A stretch of 61,947 nucleotides of DNA from Lama guanicoe (lineage: Eukaryota): the NCBI GenBank assembly GCA_013239625.1, contig MU055888.1:739745-801691 (forward strand), read 5' to 3'. Numbering within the stretch: the stretch's first letter is position 1; each line of letters starts with the position of its first letter. The notes below the pieces were generated by a model. That model searched no databases. It worked only from the letters and a program-made list of their open reading frames with translations, and was not told the origin of the DNA. Positions 46,176-57,772 of this stretch are shown here, in pieces. A program made the translations under genes and the position numbers.

Positions 46176-48004
46176 GGATGGGCCCCCTGGGGTAGGCAAT
46201 GATAAATTCAAAGAACTTCAGTAGCAGGGATATAGTCAGACAACAGAAAGGACTTCCAAACACAGACAGCCAAGGCAGGAGGCCCAGTTTATGCAAGAGG
46301 TTCCAGTCTGGTTGGCATGTGGCAGGGGATGGATCTAGTCACACAGGAGGGGAAGGGGAGGGCCCTGACCATGGGAAAACACAGAAAACTAGCAGAAAAC
46401 TCCTGGGAGAAGGTTTTAGGGGGTGAAAAAAATGTGGTATTTTTGGCAAAGAATGAAGGCAGGAGCTTAATGGGTTTCCTTGTGGAAATGTTTTGAGGAT
46501 AGAGGGAAAGTCCGCTGGGGTCTCCATCCCATAAAGTTGACTTGTAAAGGCAGCCTATTAACACAGCTGGGGTGTAGGGGATGTGAGGGGGAATGGGGTG
46601 GTGGGGAGGGAGGGGAGCAGAGGGAGGAAATGGGAGGGAGGATTCTGAGCAGGTCTCTGCTCCTGTCTCCCGTCCCTTTCCCAGGAGATGCCCTCTCTCA
46701 GGCTCTTCTATCCCACCCCTTGCTTTGACAGAAGGGAGTGGGGTCCCATCCTGGGACAGGGTCCAGGGAGAAGAGGCTCTGAGCAGCAGTTTAGGAAATG
46801 ATAGAGGCAAACGTGGGAAGTTCCAGGGTAGCTAACCCTGCCCTGGGATGGACACCCTGTTAGGCCAGGGCCAGGGGAGGTGGTCAGATGACAAGGTAAC
46901 AAAGGCATTACAGGATGTACAGTCTCCCCACCTGGCTCTAGGCATCCGTCTACTGGGGAATGGAGTTACAAGATCCACAAGCACAGAGATAGGAAAACAG
47001 TGTGTTTGAGACACCAAGAAGTTGCGGCTGCCTGAAGGATAAATATGCTGTGTGCACGCACACATCCAATGGGAAGACAGGCTGGTGGGTGGGTTCAGGG
47101 TTCCTATACCCTTGTTTTCAGCCTGATTAAAGAATAATCTAAGTATAATTCCCACTGGCCCTCCAGGTGGGCATTGAGTGCCAGGTCTACTTTCTAGGCA
47201 GGATCTGACTATTAACCATGAGAAAAGGTTTCCAGGCAGAGTTGGGGAAAGGACACTGAGCCCACAGCCTGAAGGCAACTGAGGCCAGGGGCATCCAGCA
47301 GAGACTCCTGAGTCAAGCATACAGAATTGCAGACCCCAGACCCACCATCTTTCTGCCTCCCTCATCCAGCAGCCCTGGAAGATGGGGCTGTCTCCCCTCC
47401 TCAAGAAAATCCCAGGTAGGATTGGCCACAGCGCACCATCCCCTGCATAACCCCCAAGTAAGAACATCCTCATTGTCTTCGCGCTCCCACTCCCATCCCC
47501 ACTGCCTGGGAAAGCTCTGTTTCCTTGGTCAGAGCTGGAGAACAGTTGGCCTAGGGGGAGGGGAAGCCACACCCTCCCAGGATCCCCCAAGGTCAGTCTC
47601 CAGGGCAGCTAGGATTTGATCCTCTTCCCCTCCCCCCAAACACACTGAGGGTAAGAGGCAGCCATTGATTTTGCAGTGCAGATGATATTTTTAGCTGGTC
47701 TCAGCATCAGCGACTCCTCCCACCTGGCCACACTCTTCTACCAGGCCTCTCTGCGTGGGGGCTGGGAACGGGCACCTCCTGGGGATCCCCCATCAGATTC
47801 CCCCTCCTCCCTCTGTAAACTTCCCTCATCCCTCTCTGCCTCCTATACTGGGTAAGACCCACTTCTGGTGCCCATGCAGTGGTGGGCAGGAGACCCTGCC
47901 AGGATGCAGAGCACTTGTAAGGCCTCTACTGGGCATGCCCTCCAGCCCCCTTAACCTTGCTTCCATTCAGTTCCCCTCCCCTCCACCGGACACCCTATAC
48001 TCAC

Positions 48005-48146
48005 TGTCCAGGCAGGGCTCACACACGGTCTGGTTGGCTCCGCAAGGCTGGGCCACGCCCTCGCCCAGGTTGCAGGCTTTGCAGCACTCGCCGCTGTGGG
48101 TGTACAGGTCCGTGGGGCACGACTCTCTGGCAACTCCAAGGGACAC
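48005..48146 (-). CDS. NGFR: NGFR coding exon 2 (end of signal peptide and cysteine-rich domain 1, 142 nt)
   Basis: CAG acceptor and GTGAGT donor. Translates VSLGVARESCPTDLYTHSGECCKACNLGEGVAQPCGANQTVCEPCLDS, the TNFR cysteine pattern with the NQT sequon. Confidence 0.97.
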
Positions 48147-51100
48147 CTGGGTGGGGGAAGACCAGAAGGTCAGACTGGCAAGAGAAAGAGGAGGGAGGTG
48201 GATTCCAGAGAGCAAACACTCCTTCCTAAAGCCTTCTATTGGAACCATCTGGGCCAGGATGAGCTCACCAGGGAGGCATTTGGCACATGAAAACTGGTGA
48301 GGAAAAAAGGCAGTTGGGGACAGTGCGCCTCTGCAGGCTGCTAGGGGTCTGAGGCCAGAGCCTCAAATGCTGGCTTTCTGCAGAGGTCATATTGGGGTTA
48401 TAGCAACTCTACACCATGTGGGGAAGGCGACCTGAGGCCCAGCAGAGGGCCTTCGGACTGTCATCAGGAACCCGTGGGCAGGTTGCAGCTTGCACAGGGC
48501 TCCCAGCCAAGGGGGCTGAAATCTAGTCCAAATGCCACTTGCTAAGCTGCACACCTGCATGGGATGCATCTACTCAGAGGAGAATCTTTTTCTAAGAAAG
48601 GCTAGCAGGGCTCTGCTCCCGGTCCTTAATTCTACCATTCCACATATTAAGCATCAAATGGGAGGTGTCTGTCCCCAAGAACAGAATACAGAAGCTTGGG
48701 GCCTTGGGTTCAAATCCTGGCCCTACCCTAGGAGTTCTGACCCACTTTGCTTTCCCTCTCTGAGTCTTCATCTCTCTGGACAGTTAGAGATGGAGACAGC
48801 TCAGGGTCAAAGCAAAAGACCAGCCAATCATCCAGAGTCTGGCATCAAGCGGGGAGAGAAGGATGCCTGTTATCAATGATGAGAAAGTGGCTGCTCTCAC
48901 CACCCAGCAGCCCTGCTCCACCAGGGTTTGATTTCCAGCCACCAGCCCTCCCCTCTCCCTGCCCCCCATGCAGCCAGTGGGAACAGCACTGGAAGCAGGA
49001 GAAAGGGGAGTCAGATTCCTGCCACCAAGGCATCTTTGCTCATGGATGGAATGATTTAGCACCAGATTCCCTAGAGGGAGGGGCTGCTGGCAGCTTGCTT
49101 TATATTTCTGTTCCTTAAAAAAAAATCTTAATGTCTAATAAAACTCCAAAGCCTGTTTCCCTGGCTCCAGACCATGCAGCTCCCATTTGATGCTCAGGAA
49201 GTAGGGTTTCTTGGGTCACGGGACTAGAGGGGAGCTGTAAAGGTCATTTGGGGCATTCCTCTGCTTCCACATTGGCAAGACAAGACCATGGCCAAAAATG
49301 CTTCTTTCCCTCCAGTCCTTTAAAATATCCTGAGGTCTCATTAGGGTTTGATGGAGGCAGGGGGATGGATAGGTTGGATCATTGTAGGAGGCAGCCTATG
49401 GTCCTCCTAGACTGGTGAGGAGGCTGCAGGTAGCATAGGCGGGGATCCTTGGGTGTTGCCACCAGTGTCATTCCAGGTGGCAGGAACACAGTGCTGGGAA
49501 CACCTGCAGACCAGAAGCTTGGCATTGGGGGGATAGTCCCAGATGCAGGCTTTTCCCCAGCGTGCGAGCAAGATTACAGAAGGATCTGTTCAGATTTCTT
49601 TTCATCCTTTAGGGTTCTGCTTAAATGTCAATTCATCAGGTAAGTGGTCCTGTTGCCCCAACCCTCCCAGCTCAGGCAGAGCTGCCCTGTCACATGTCCC
49701 TCTTGTTTCACTATCCTTATTTGGGCTGACACTCTACAAAGTTCCCCACTAGACTGTCAGCTCCCTGAGGGCAGGGACTGTGGTTGCCTCAGCGCTGCCA
49801 CAGCTGGTACCTAGTGCATATTAGGAACCCAATGTGTATATTTATGAAATTTAAGAACATGAAAATACGATGTGGCCTCAATTAACTAGAACCCCAGGGA
49901 TTGATTTTCTGCATAGCTGAGTTTCCCAAAAGTCAAGGATTTGTAGCTCGGCTCACCTAGTGTTTTTCACTTTAACCATGCACCTTCTTGTACCTCCCGG
50001 TCTCTGGAACATACCTTCACAATTTCCCCTATTACTCAGGGGCCCAATATTTACACCAGTGATTTTTCTGGGCTGCAATTAAGTGTGTTCTTTATCCCAA
50101 GTGACCACACGTTTGTCTGAGTTCTCCTGTCAGTTTTTCTTAGAATTTTTCTCTCTTCCCTTCCTGTCAACAGATCAGTTGTCAATTCTTGCTGCTACCA
50201 GCGTCACCTGAGCAGCACCTCCCCCATTCTAATTTATTAGGCCTAATGGAATCTTAAGAAACTGTGTAACCAGCCCTGGTAGAGAGATGTATCAAGTGAG
50301 TGTAAGTAGGATCAGAACCAGGTGGGAGCCAGCTCTCAGAGCAGAAGTGTGAGCTATACTGCCTTCCTCCTCAGTTGCCTTCATCGCTCTGAATCCTGGC
50401 TCATGCTTAGAGCTGAGTGACCTGGGGCAAGTTTTAAATTCCTCTCTGCCTCAGTTTCTTCGTTATTAGGTAATCATGACAGTACCTGCTTCAGAGGGGT
50501 GCAGTGAGCATTGAATAAATGAATAGGGTGTTTATTTACTTTGGGATTCCTCTTTTCTGTTCTCCAAGGTCTTTCTTGCATCCTTTGTGGCTTTTGGCTG
50601 TGCTCCAGTTACTTGGGACTGGGCTCCAGATAGCTGAGGGGGTCTGTCTGTGACAGTGGTGGATGGAGCAGCATTCTCGCACATTCTCGCGCAAGCCCCT
50701 CTTCTTGGCGCCTGCTTTCTCAGTTGCTGCCTGTGGTCCTCTCTTCTCCTAAGTCTTGCATTTGGAGTTGAGGCCACATAATTAGTAACCATGTGTTTCC
50801 TGTGCTTGTTTTGTTTTCTATTTCAAAACATTCCAGATCTGCTACTTAATAGTATGCTACTTTGGATAAATTCTCAGTCTCTCTAAGCCTCAGTTTTCCC
50901 ACCTAGAACATTGGGTTGGTGATATCTACTGCCCAGGATTGCTGTGAAAGTTCAATGAAGTGATTCACGCAGCTCTGTCTGGTGCATAGTAGGAGTTCAA
51001 TAAGTGTTAGTTATCAAAGAAGTATCTTGTCTGGCAGAGATGGGGGAGTGGTAATGGGAGGAGAGTTTAGCCATCCCCAAAGAGCGGAAGTCATCTCAGA

Positions 51101-53774
51101 GTAGGGGGTAGGATAGAAATGAAGAAAAACCTACCCACAAGAAGAGTCTAAAGAAGGTATGCAGACCAAAGGAGGATGGGGAACTGCTCTCCTTAAATTT
51201 TAACTAATTCAGCAACTATTTACTGAGCATTGAAATAAGAGTTTCCAATGAGACATGGTCCCTAACTTCTGCGGGGGATTCCAGTCCCATGAGGGAGAGG
51301 AATTATCACCCCAAAAACCTGCTCCAGAAACTGAAGAGGAAAGATTTGAGGGATGCCCTTCATCCCCTCTTTGGCAGATGTGAAAACTGAGGCCCACAGA
51401 AGGTCATTCTGCTAAGTGGCCTGATGCACCGCTCTGGCCACACCCTCTATTGGTCCAAAGTGGGGCAATCTTGAGAAGCAGAGAGGAATGACTAAGATTC
51501 AGGCTAATTGCTCCAAAATGATCAACTTACCAAAGTGATGGACACATTTGCCTGAAATTTACATTTATTACACTTGCTCATTCCATGTTTGATGGGGTGA
51601 TTTCATTCCATTTTTGAGAATGTTTGCAAATCTTTTTTTCTCATTTCCAAGTTTTCAAGAGACTAAGGTAGAATTGACTTTTAAGAAGTTAATTTTTTTT
51701 TTAATTGGGCAAAATAGAAGACACACCAACATAGATGAAAGAATTTTAAACTATATGAAGTCTTCAGTGTGATGTTTCCTAACAATTCACAACAGCTTCA
51801 GCCAGGGGTTCCTTAGTTGAAAGGAGTCGCTGGCCACCATCATGGGTTGGAGAGTTTTCAAATATGTGAAGGGTCTTTTGAGATCCACGCAAACCCTGGG
51901 GCACTGGCTCATGCCCTCCACCCCTTTAGATAAGGGTGGAGTTTGGAATCTGAGACAAGTGCTAATTACTGAGAAGGGTGCTGTAGGGAAGACTTTGAAA
52001 TGGGGCCGGGCTCTGAGTAGGGGGTGGGGTGGGGAAGGGGCTCAGTTACAAATTTGTGGTGCCAAGGGCACGAGACAGGTGTAATTTCCAGGTCTAGTGG
52101 TGGTTCAGGGCCAAGTGACCTTCCGTGATCTAGAAGTTTGTACGGGGAGTTTGGGAGTGTGCCTGGCATAAGGAGCAAAGAGTAAACTCCAAGCCAAGCA
52201 TCCTGGCTTCCAACAAGGGCGCCACCACATACTAACTGAGGGAGCCTGGCTTCGTGCCTGTAGCTCCGGGAGGTTCAGCTCCCTCAACAGTCAAATGGGA
52301 ATAACTAGATTGCTGGGACTTTAAAAGGATTAAATAACACGAGAAATTACCCAAGGCAGTTCGTGGCACATAGTAGGCATTCAACCCATTTTATTATTCC
52401 CGCCTCCCCACCCTGCACCCCCAGGGAAGAATCTAGGCGCGTGAACGGGACCAAGCTGGTACAGCGGGATGGGGACCCCTTTCCCTCCCAGAGTCGCCTC
52501 CCCCACCCGACCGCTCCCGTTCTCGCATTTGCTACCNNNNNNNNNNNNNNNNNNNNNNNNNNNNNNNNNNNNNNNNNNNNNNNNNNNNNNNNNNNNNNNN
52601 NNNNNNNNNNNNNNNNNNNNNNNNNNNNNNNNNNNNNNNNNNNNNNNNNNNNNNNNNNNNNNNNNNNNNNNNNNNNCGGCCCAGGAAGAGACTCGGACCG
52701 CCGCGGTGCGCACAGTCAGCCCTTAGACAGCAGCCCCGCGGCGAGGCGGAGGCCAGAACCGCGGGGGCTGCAGGCGGCAGATTCTGCACGGGGTCCACCG
52801 TTCTCAGCCCCAGGCCCTCCACGCCCAGCTCCCCTCCTTCCTCGCCTTTTCTCTTGTGGAGTTGGGGACACTCTCTCTAGCCCAGATCCGGAGCACACGC
52901 CCTCGCCCCTCCGGGATCCGCACTACTGGCCGCCCCAGTCCCGCCTCCCCGCCCCCCACCTTCCCGGCGGAGAAGCACCCTACCCCGCGGCGTTAGTCAG
53001 CAAACGTGCCCGCAGTCATTGTCAAATCCCCGGACGAAGCTACAGGTACTGACAGCCCAGGGAAGCGGGGCTGAGCTTCGGGGTTGGGGCCAGAACCCGG
53101 AGGGTGGTTTCTGCCCATCCCAGTCCCCAGATTCCGCCCGCCCGACTCTAGGGATGGTGTCCAGCCACCCGCTGCCGAGACACGCAGCTCTTATTCTGAG
53201 CTGGGACGCCGGGCTGCCCCTTAAGAGGTACGGGGAGTACAGAGCTGGGAATCAGGTGAAGGACAGTCTAACTTGGATTAAGTCTAGCTAGGCTCAACTT
53301 GGTTGTGAGATCCTGACAAATTGGTTTAAAGTCTCAGAGCCTCAGTCTCCTTGTCTGTAAAACGGGGATTTGAGGACGCTCAGATGCTCAGATGAGAGAT
53401 GACGATGACAGGGAGAGTGAGGACACCTCCACTGCCAAACCTTCCAGGCACTCTGTTTATGGCCAGACACCAGGTTACATCTCTTTAATATCTTGTCATA
53501 ACTACCGGCCGGACATCAATGCTTACGAGGACCGGCAGTCCTTTGCCTAGAGAGAATCCGTGGCGTCCGAGCGCCTCCGTTTCACTGGGTGCCCAGAGTC
53601 TTTCACTGAAAGCTGAGGGGGCCGCCGACGGAATTCCCACCCGCCTGGGCGCGGAAACGGAGCGAACCGCAGGCTGGGCGCTCAGGTCGTTTAACTTAAT
53701 GCGGGGTCAGGGTGGCGGGTGCAGCGCGCGGCCGGTGTTGCGCCCACATCTGCGGAGGCTCAGCCCTCGAGTCG

Positions 53775-53793
53775 CAGCGCCCCCTGCGGGCCG
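53775..53793 (-). promoter_or_regulatory. Candidate CTCF site (reverse) in NGFR intron 1
   Basis: The reverse complement is CGGCCCGCAGGGGGCGCTG, a close match to the CTCF core. Confidence 0.6.
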
Positions 53794-54875
53794 CCTTTGT
53801 CTGCGCGACCACGGGCTGCGCACTGCCGGGACGTTCCCTGCCTCGCGCGTCCCGCCCCTCTGCACCCCGAGAAGTGGCGGCGGCCAGAACCCGTCCGACG
53901 ACGCCCGCTCCGTCCCATTCGGTCCGCGGCTCTTCTTCAGACCGCGAGAATAAGTGTGTAGGAGCCCGCCGGTCGTAGGAGAACCTGGGGAGCGGGTTCG
54001 CCTCAGCGAAGTGGGCACTCCCTCCCCAGCCTCGGACCCCAAGCCGCAATTCCCCGACCCTCCGAGGCCGCGACAAAAAGCGCGCGACAAGCCCGGGAAG
54101 CGTCTGTGCCTCTGCTCTCTTCTGGTCCCACTGTCCCCCAGCAAGCAGGCGGGGTGCCGACCACTTTAGGGTCCGCTCTCCCCTCTCCATCCTCTTTCAT
54201 TTTACTTTTATCTCTCTATCACCCTCGCCTTTTCTGCCTTCCCTAACCCACTTCTCTCTTCAAGAGAGCCCCGCTCCAAGAACCTCTCCCTCCCACGCTC
54301 CTCCCCCTCATTGTCTGGCTGGTCCTCATTGTCCGATGCCCGGTCCTCTCTACCTCCAGTCCCTCCAGTCTCCTCCTTCATTGTTCCATCTCCTGGTCTC
54401 CGGTTCCCTGAACAAGCCACGCTTGCCCCTCACATCTCTAGTTCCCGTCCGATTCCCTCTCCTTTTCTAGCCTGCGTTCGGTCCCACGACCCTCCAGAGA
54501 TCAAGATGCTCAAGGGGAAAGTCTCCTCGAGATCCCAGCACTCAAGCGCCCTCTTCCGAAGAACCCAGGCATCCGAGAACCCCAAGACCCCTCCTGAGAG
54601 ACCCCTCCCAGCTCCTCCACACCCCCCCCCGGTACCCTAGGGCCCGCATCCCTGCGCTCCTCTTATCTGCATCTTTACCCTGGATCTCAGGGTCGCCTCT
54701 TCGCGCTGAGAACCTTAGACGCTCCTCTGTGAATACTGGCAACGGAGCACTCCCGCCATCCACCCCCTGTATCTGGGACCCCAAAGCTCTTATCTGTTCT
54801 CCCCCCGGGAAACCTGAACTCATCGGGGTTCCAGTCCTAGGAAAGGGAGCGGTCTTCCCTTCAGCTAGCACTCAC

Positions 54876-54941
54876 CCCCAGGAGCAGCAGCAAAAGCAGG
54901 CGCGGCCCGTCCATGGCGCAGCCGGCGGCACCTGCCCCCAT
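54876..54941 (-). CDS. NGFR: NGFR coding exon 1 (signal peptide, 66 nt)
   Basis: The minus strand reads GGGCG-ATG-G and translates MGAGAAGCAMDGPRLLLLLLLG, the p75NTR signal peptide. A GTGAG donor follows (+ strand ctcac at 54871-54875). Confidence 0.97.
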
Positions 54942-55066
54942 CGCCCGCCTCCCGCGGCAGCGCTCGGCTTCCAGTTCAGTCCGCTCCGCGGACGGATAGG
55001 GCTGCGCTGCGCTGCGCTGCGCTCCAGCACCCGCCCCCCAGAGTTGGCCGAAGCTCGGCTCCCTCT
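54942..55066 (-). other. NGFR: NGFR 5' UTR (TSS approximately 55066) containing (GCAGC)4
   Basis: GC-rich leader AGAGGGAGCCGAGC...GGAGC(GCAGC)4...GCGGGAGGCGGGCG-ATG that resembles the known NGFR leader. The TSS is inferred. Confidence 0.65.
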
Positions 55067-55629
55067 GGCTGCGGGCGGGAGGGGTTGGGAGAAGCCAGTG
55101 CGGCGGCCCCTCCCCCTCCCCGCCCAACATCCCCGGAACCGCGCCCGCCCGCCCGGCCACCTCAGGGAGGGGGGAGAAGGAAGGGGAGGGCGTGTGGGGG
55201 GAGCCGCGCCCCAGCGTCCCGCTGCCGCTTCTCCGCATCCCGGCCCTCACAGACTCTACCCTACCCCGCCCCGGTACCTGGCCCGCGCTACTGCGCATCT
55301 GTCCCGGATGCTGTGGGCTCGGGGCCTGGGGCTCCCTTGGGCTGCGGCCCCCCGCAGGGTTCACTCTAACCCATCTTCCCTTGCCTCTGGCTTCGGCTTC
55401 TTCCCCGGTGCCCTGCTCCCTACCCAGCCGTTATCAGCAATAAAGCCCACTGCCCTCTCTGCCTTTCATCTCCTGGTCTGTACCCCATTCCTCCCTCTGC
55501 CCCTTGCCAGTGCGGGAGTCTCTGCGCAGGGACCTAGGGGAAGGGGAGGCAGGCAGCAGCGGGGACGTTCAAAGTGGAGTCCATCCCGACATCATCTGAA
55601 TTCTCAAAAGGTGGGTTTGAAAGGGTCAC

Positions 55630-55940
55630 AGGTATGCACACACACACAGAGGAATACACACACTCACATATACACTCGTGTATATATGTGCTTATGCACT
55701 CACAGCATCCTCATGCAGGCCTGTAGTCCTGCACATTCTACACGTGTGTGTGCACCTCCACACTCATGTCCACATGCACACTCATGGCCCACGTGGTGGT
55801 AGGTTTCAAACACATGTACTCACCTACTCATTCACATGTGTGTATGTGTACAGTCACCTCCACACAAGCCCTCACTTGTATAGTCTCTCACATAAGTGCC
55901 CACACATTCATGAACACCCCCCCCCCATGCACAAAAGCAT
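55630..55940. repeat. Degenerate CA/TG-rich tract upstream of the NGFR promoter
   Basis: gcacacacacacagagg...cacactcacatatacactcgtgtatatatgtg...cacatgcacactcatg. Confidence 0.7.
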
Positions 55941-57536
55941 AGATATATCCTCAACAGTTTGCCTTCATTGGATTGTGTTTCCATTAGCTGATGAGCTCCC
56001 TGCAGGCAGGGACTGCGGTTTCTTATCTGAATGCCTGGTACACAGGAGGGGTTCAGTAAAGGTCTGTAGATGGGAATAAACGGAAAATTGGTTGGATGCA
56101 CTCACATCCACATACCCATCCATGTTCTAGTAGGCATCCCCAGGACCACCGTCACCGTGCCCCAGGAACTCTAGCAGGTCTAAATCATAGGCCCTGGCAA
56201 TCCAGGGAGTGTGCCATTGGTCTTTTGGTGGGAAGCACTCCCACCCCAACCTGCATGAGTCCCCCACCCCAACCTGTCCCTGGTTCCCAGACATGAAGGC
56301 CCTGGAGCACAGAGCTGTGGAGGACAAGCCCATCCCATCACCCTGATCTTGGCCAGGTGTGGACCTCAGTTTAGACTTTGAAAAAAAAATAATAGTACCC
56401 TCCCACATTATAGGAAGAAGGGGGAGATGAAGAGCACTTATGAAGAGGGCATGTTCCATGCTGGTAGGTGATTTCCCAGATCAGCTGAAGCTAATTCATT
56501 CATTCATGAGGGGAGAAAATCTACACTGTGAATTTCTTTCCTGTATAACCAACAGAGTCCAGGGAACATCCCCAGAAAAGACAGGTAGACCTTGTGGCCT
56601 TGAGCATGAAAGTGGCTGAGCCACCATCTCCACGGCTGGGCGTAAGAGGCCAGGCAGCTAGCCCCTCTTCGGAAATCCTTGAGGACTCCCTTCTCCCAGA
56701 CAGGGATCACCTCTAAGCTGTCTCCTCCTGCTGCTTTTATGGCCCTGCCTTTCCTCTCAGCTGAATTCATGGAAGGCAGGAAGGGGCAACATTAGTACTA
56801 ACAGCAGCACTGCATTGCTTACTACCAAGGTATCAACAGTACGGCATTAATTTAAATCCTCCTGTTATTAATTTATGATCCCGGTTACTATTATTGCCAA
56901 GGTTATCCATCTCAACACGATTTAATATGACCCACACCACCATGGCTGGGCCTGGGTTATTAATAATTTCCCTGGTCTTGATCATTTAAGCCTTACTTGA
57001 ACAATTACAAACAGCAATTGTTACTATTATTAGCAGTATTTCTATGATTAAGCCTGAGCACAAGACCACGATGGAGTGCTGAGTGCCGGCGGTGGGGAGT
57101 GGCTGTGAAGTGTGCAGAGAGAAGAGCATTGAACTGAGAGTCAGACAGGCCTGACCACAAATGCCTGCAGATTCCCCACCCCACCCCGCATCAATTACTT
57201 CTGTGTGGTCTTAGAATATGTCATCTCCCTCAGCCTCAGTTTCCTCATCTATAAAATGGGAACATTTTTTTAAACCTCCTTTCTTGAATGGCAAATAAGG
57301 CAACAGAGTGCTCCTCAGCTCTGTAGCCATTCAACATGTATTTATTGAGCACCTAGTATAGGCCACATGCTGTTCTAGGAACTGAGGATACAGCAGTGAA
57401 CAAAAGCAGCTGCCCTCGTGCAGCTGATGTTCTAGTGTGTTAGTGATTTGATATGAAGAATTATTTTATAATATGACCCCTTGGCTTGACCATTAGAGAG
57501 ATGGCATGACCGTGATCAGGATGTTCCTCTGCTGGG

Positions 57537-57772
57537 ACCACCACCATCAGCACAATCTCCACCACTGTCCCCATCACAGCCATCTACACCGAAACCAGCA
57601 CCACTGTGACCACCAACACTGCAACACCAGCATCACTGCCAAAACCACTGCAGCTACCAGTGCCATCACTACCGTGACTGCCACCACCATCATCCCCACC
57701 ATTACCATCGTCACCACAGCTGCCAGGGCCATGGCCACCACCACCACCTGCCTTTTGACATCCACACCACCA
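57537..57772. repeat. Degenerate (CAC/ACC)n trinucleotide low-complexity tract
   Basis: accaccaccatcagcac...actgccaccaccatcatccccaccattaccatcgtcaccac; it produces the His/Thr-rich chance ORFs. Confidence 0.8.

Larger units (their letters stand above)
52360..55400. promoter_or_regulatory. CpG island covering the NGFR promoter, exon 1 and the 5' part of intron 1; TATA-less with GC boxes
   Basis: Visibly high CpG density. Sp1/KLF-type boxes CCCCGCCC near 55118-55125 and 55264-55271. No TATA box seen near the inferred TSS. Confidence 0.85.

Noticed and set aside
46832-47590. 252-aa minus-strand ORF in NGFR intron 2
   Set aside because: No recognisable protein features; consistent with a chance intronic ORF.
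54942-55364. Open frame extending 141 codons upstream of the NGFR ATG
   Set aside because: Its upstream ATGs lie beyond the inferred TSS, and an extension would bury the signal peptide. GC richness explains the lack of stops.
54729-55802. 357-aa + strand ORF antisense to NGFR exon 1 and promoter
   Set aside because: Pro/Arg/Gly-rich and runs through a CpG island and a CA repeat where stops are rare. No recognisable domain.
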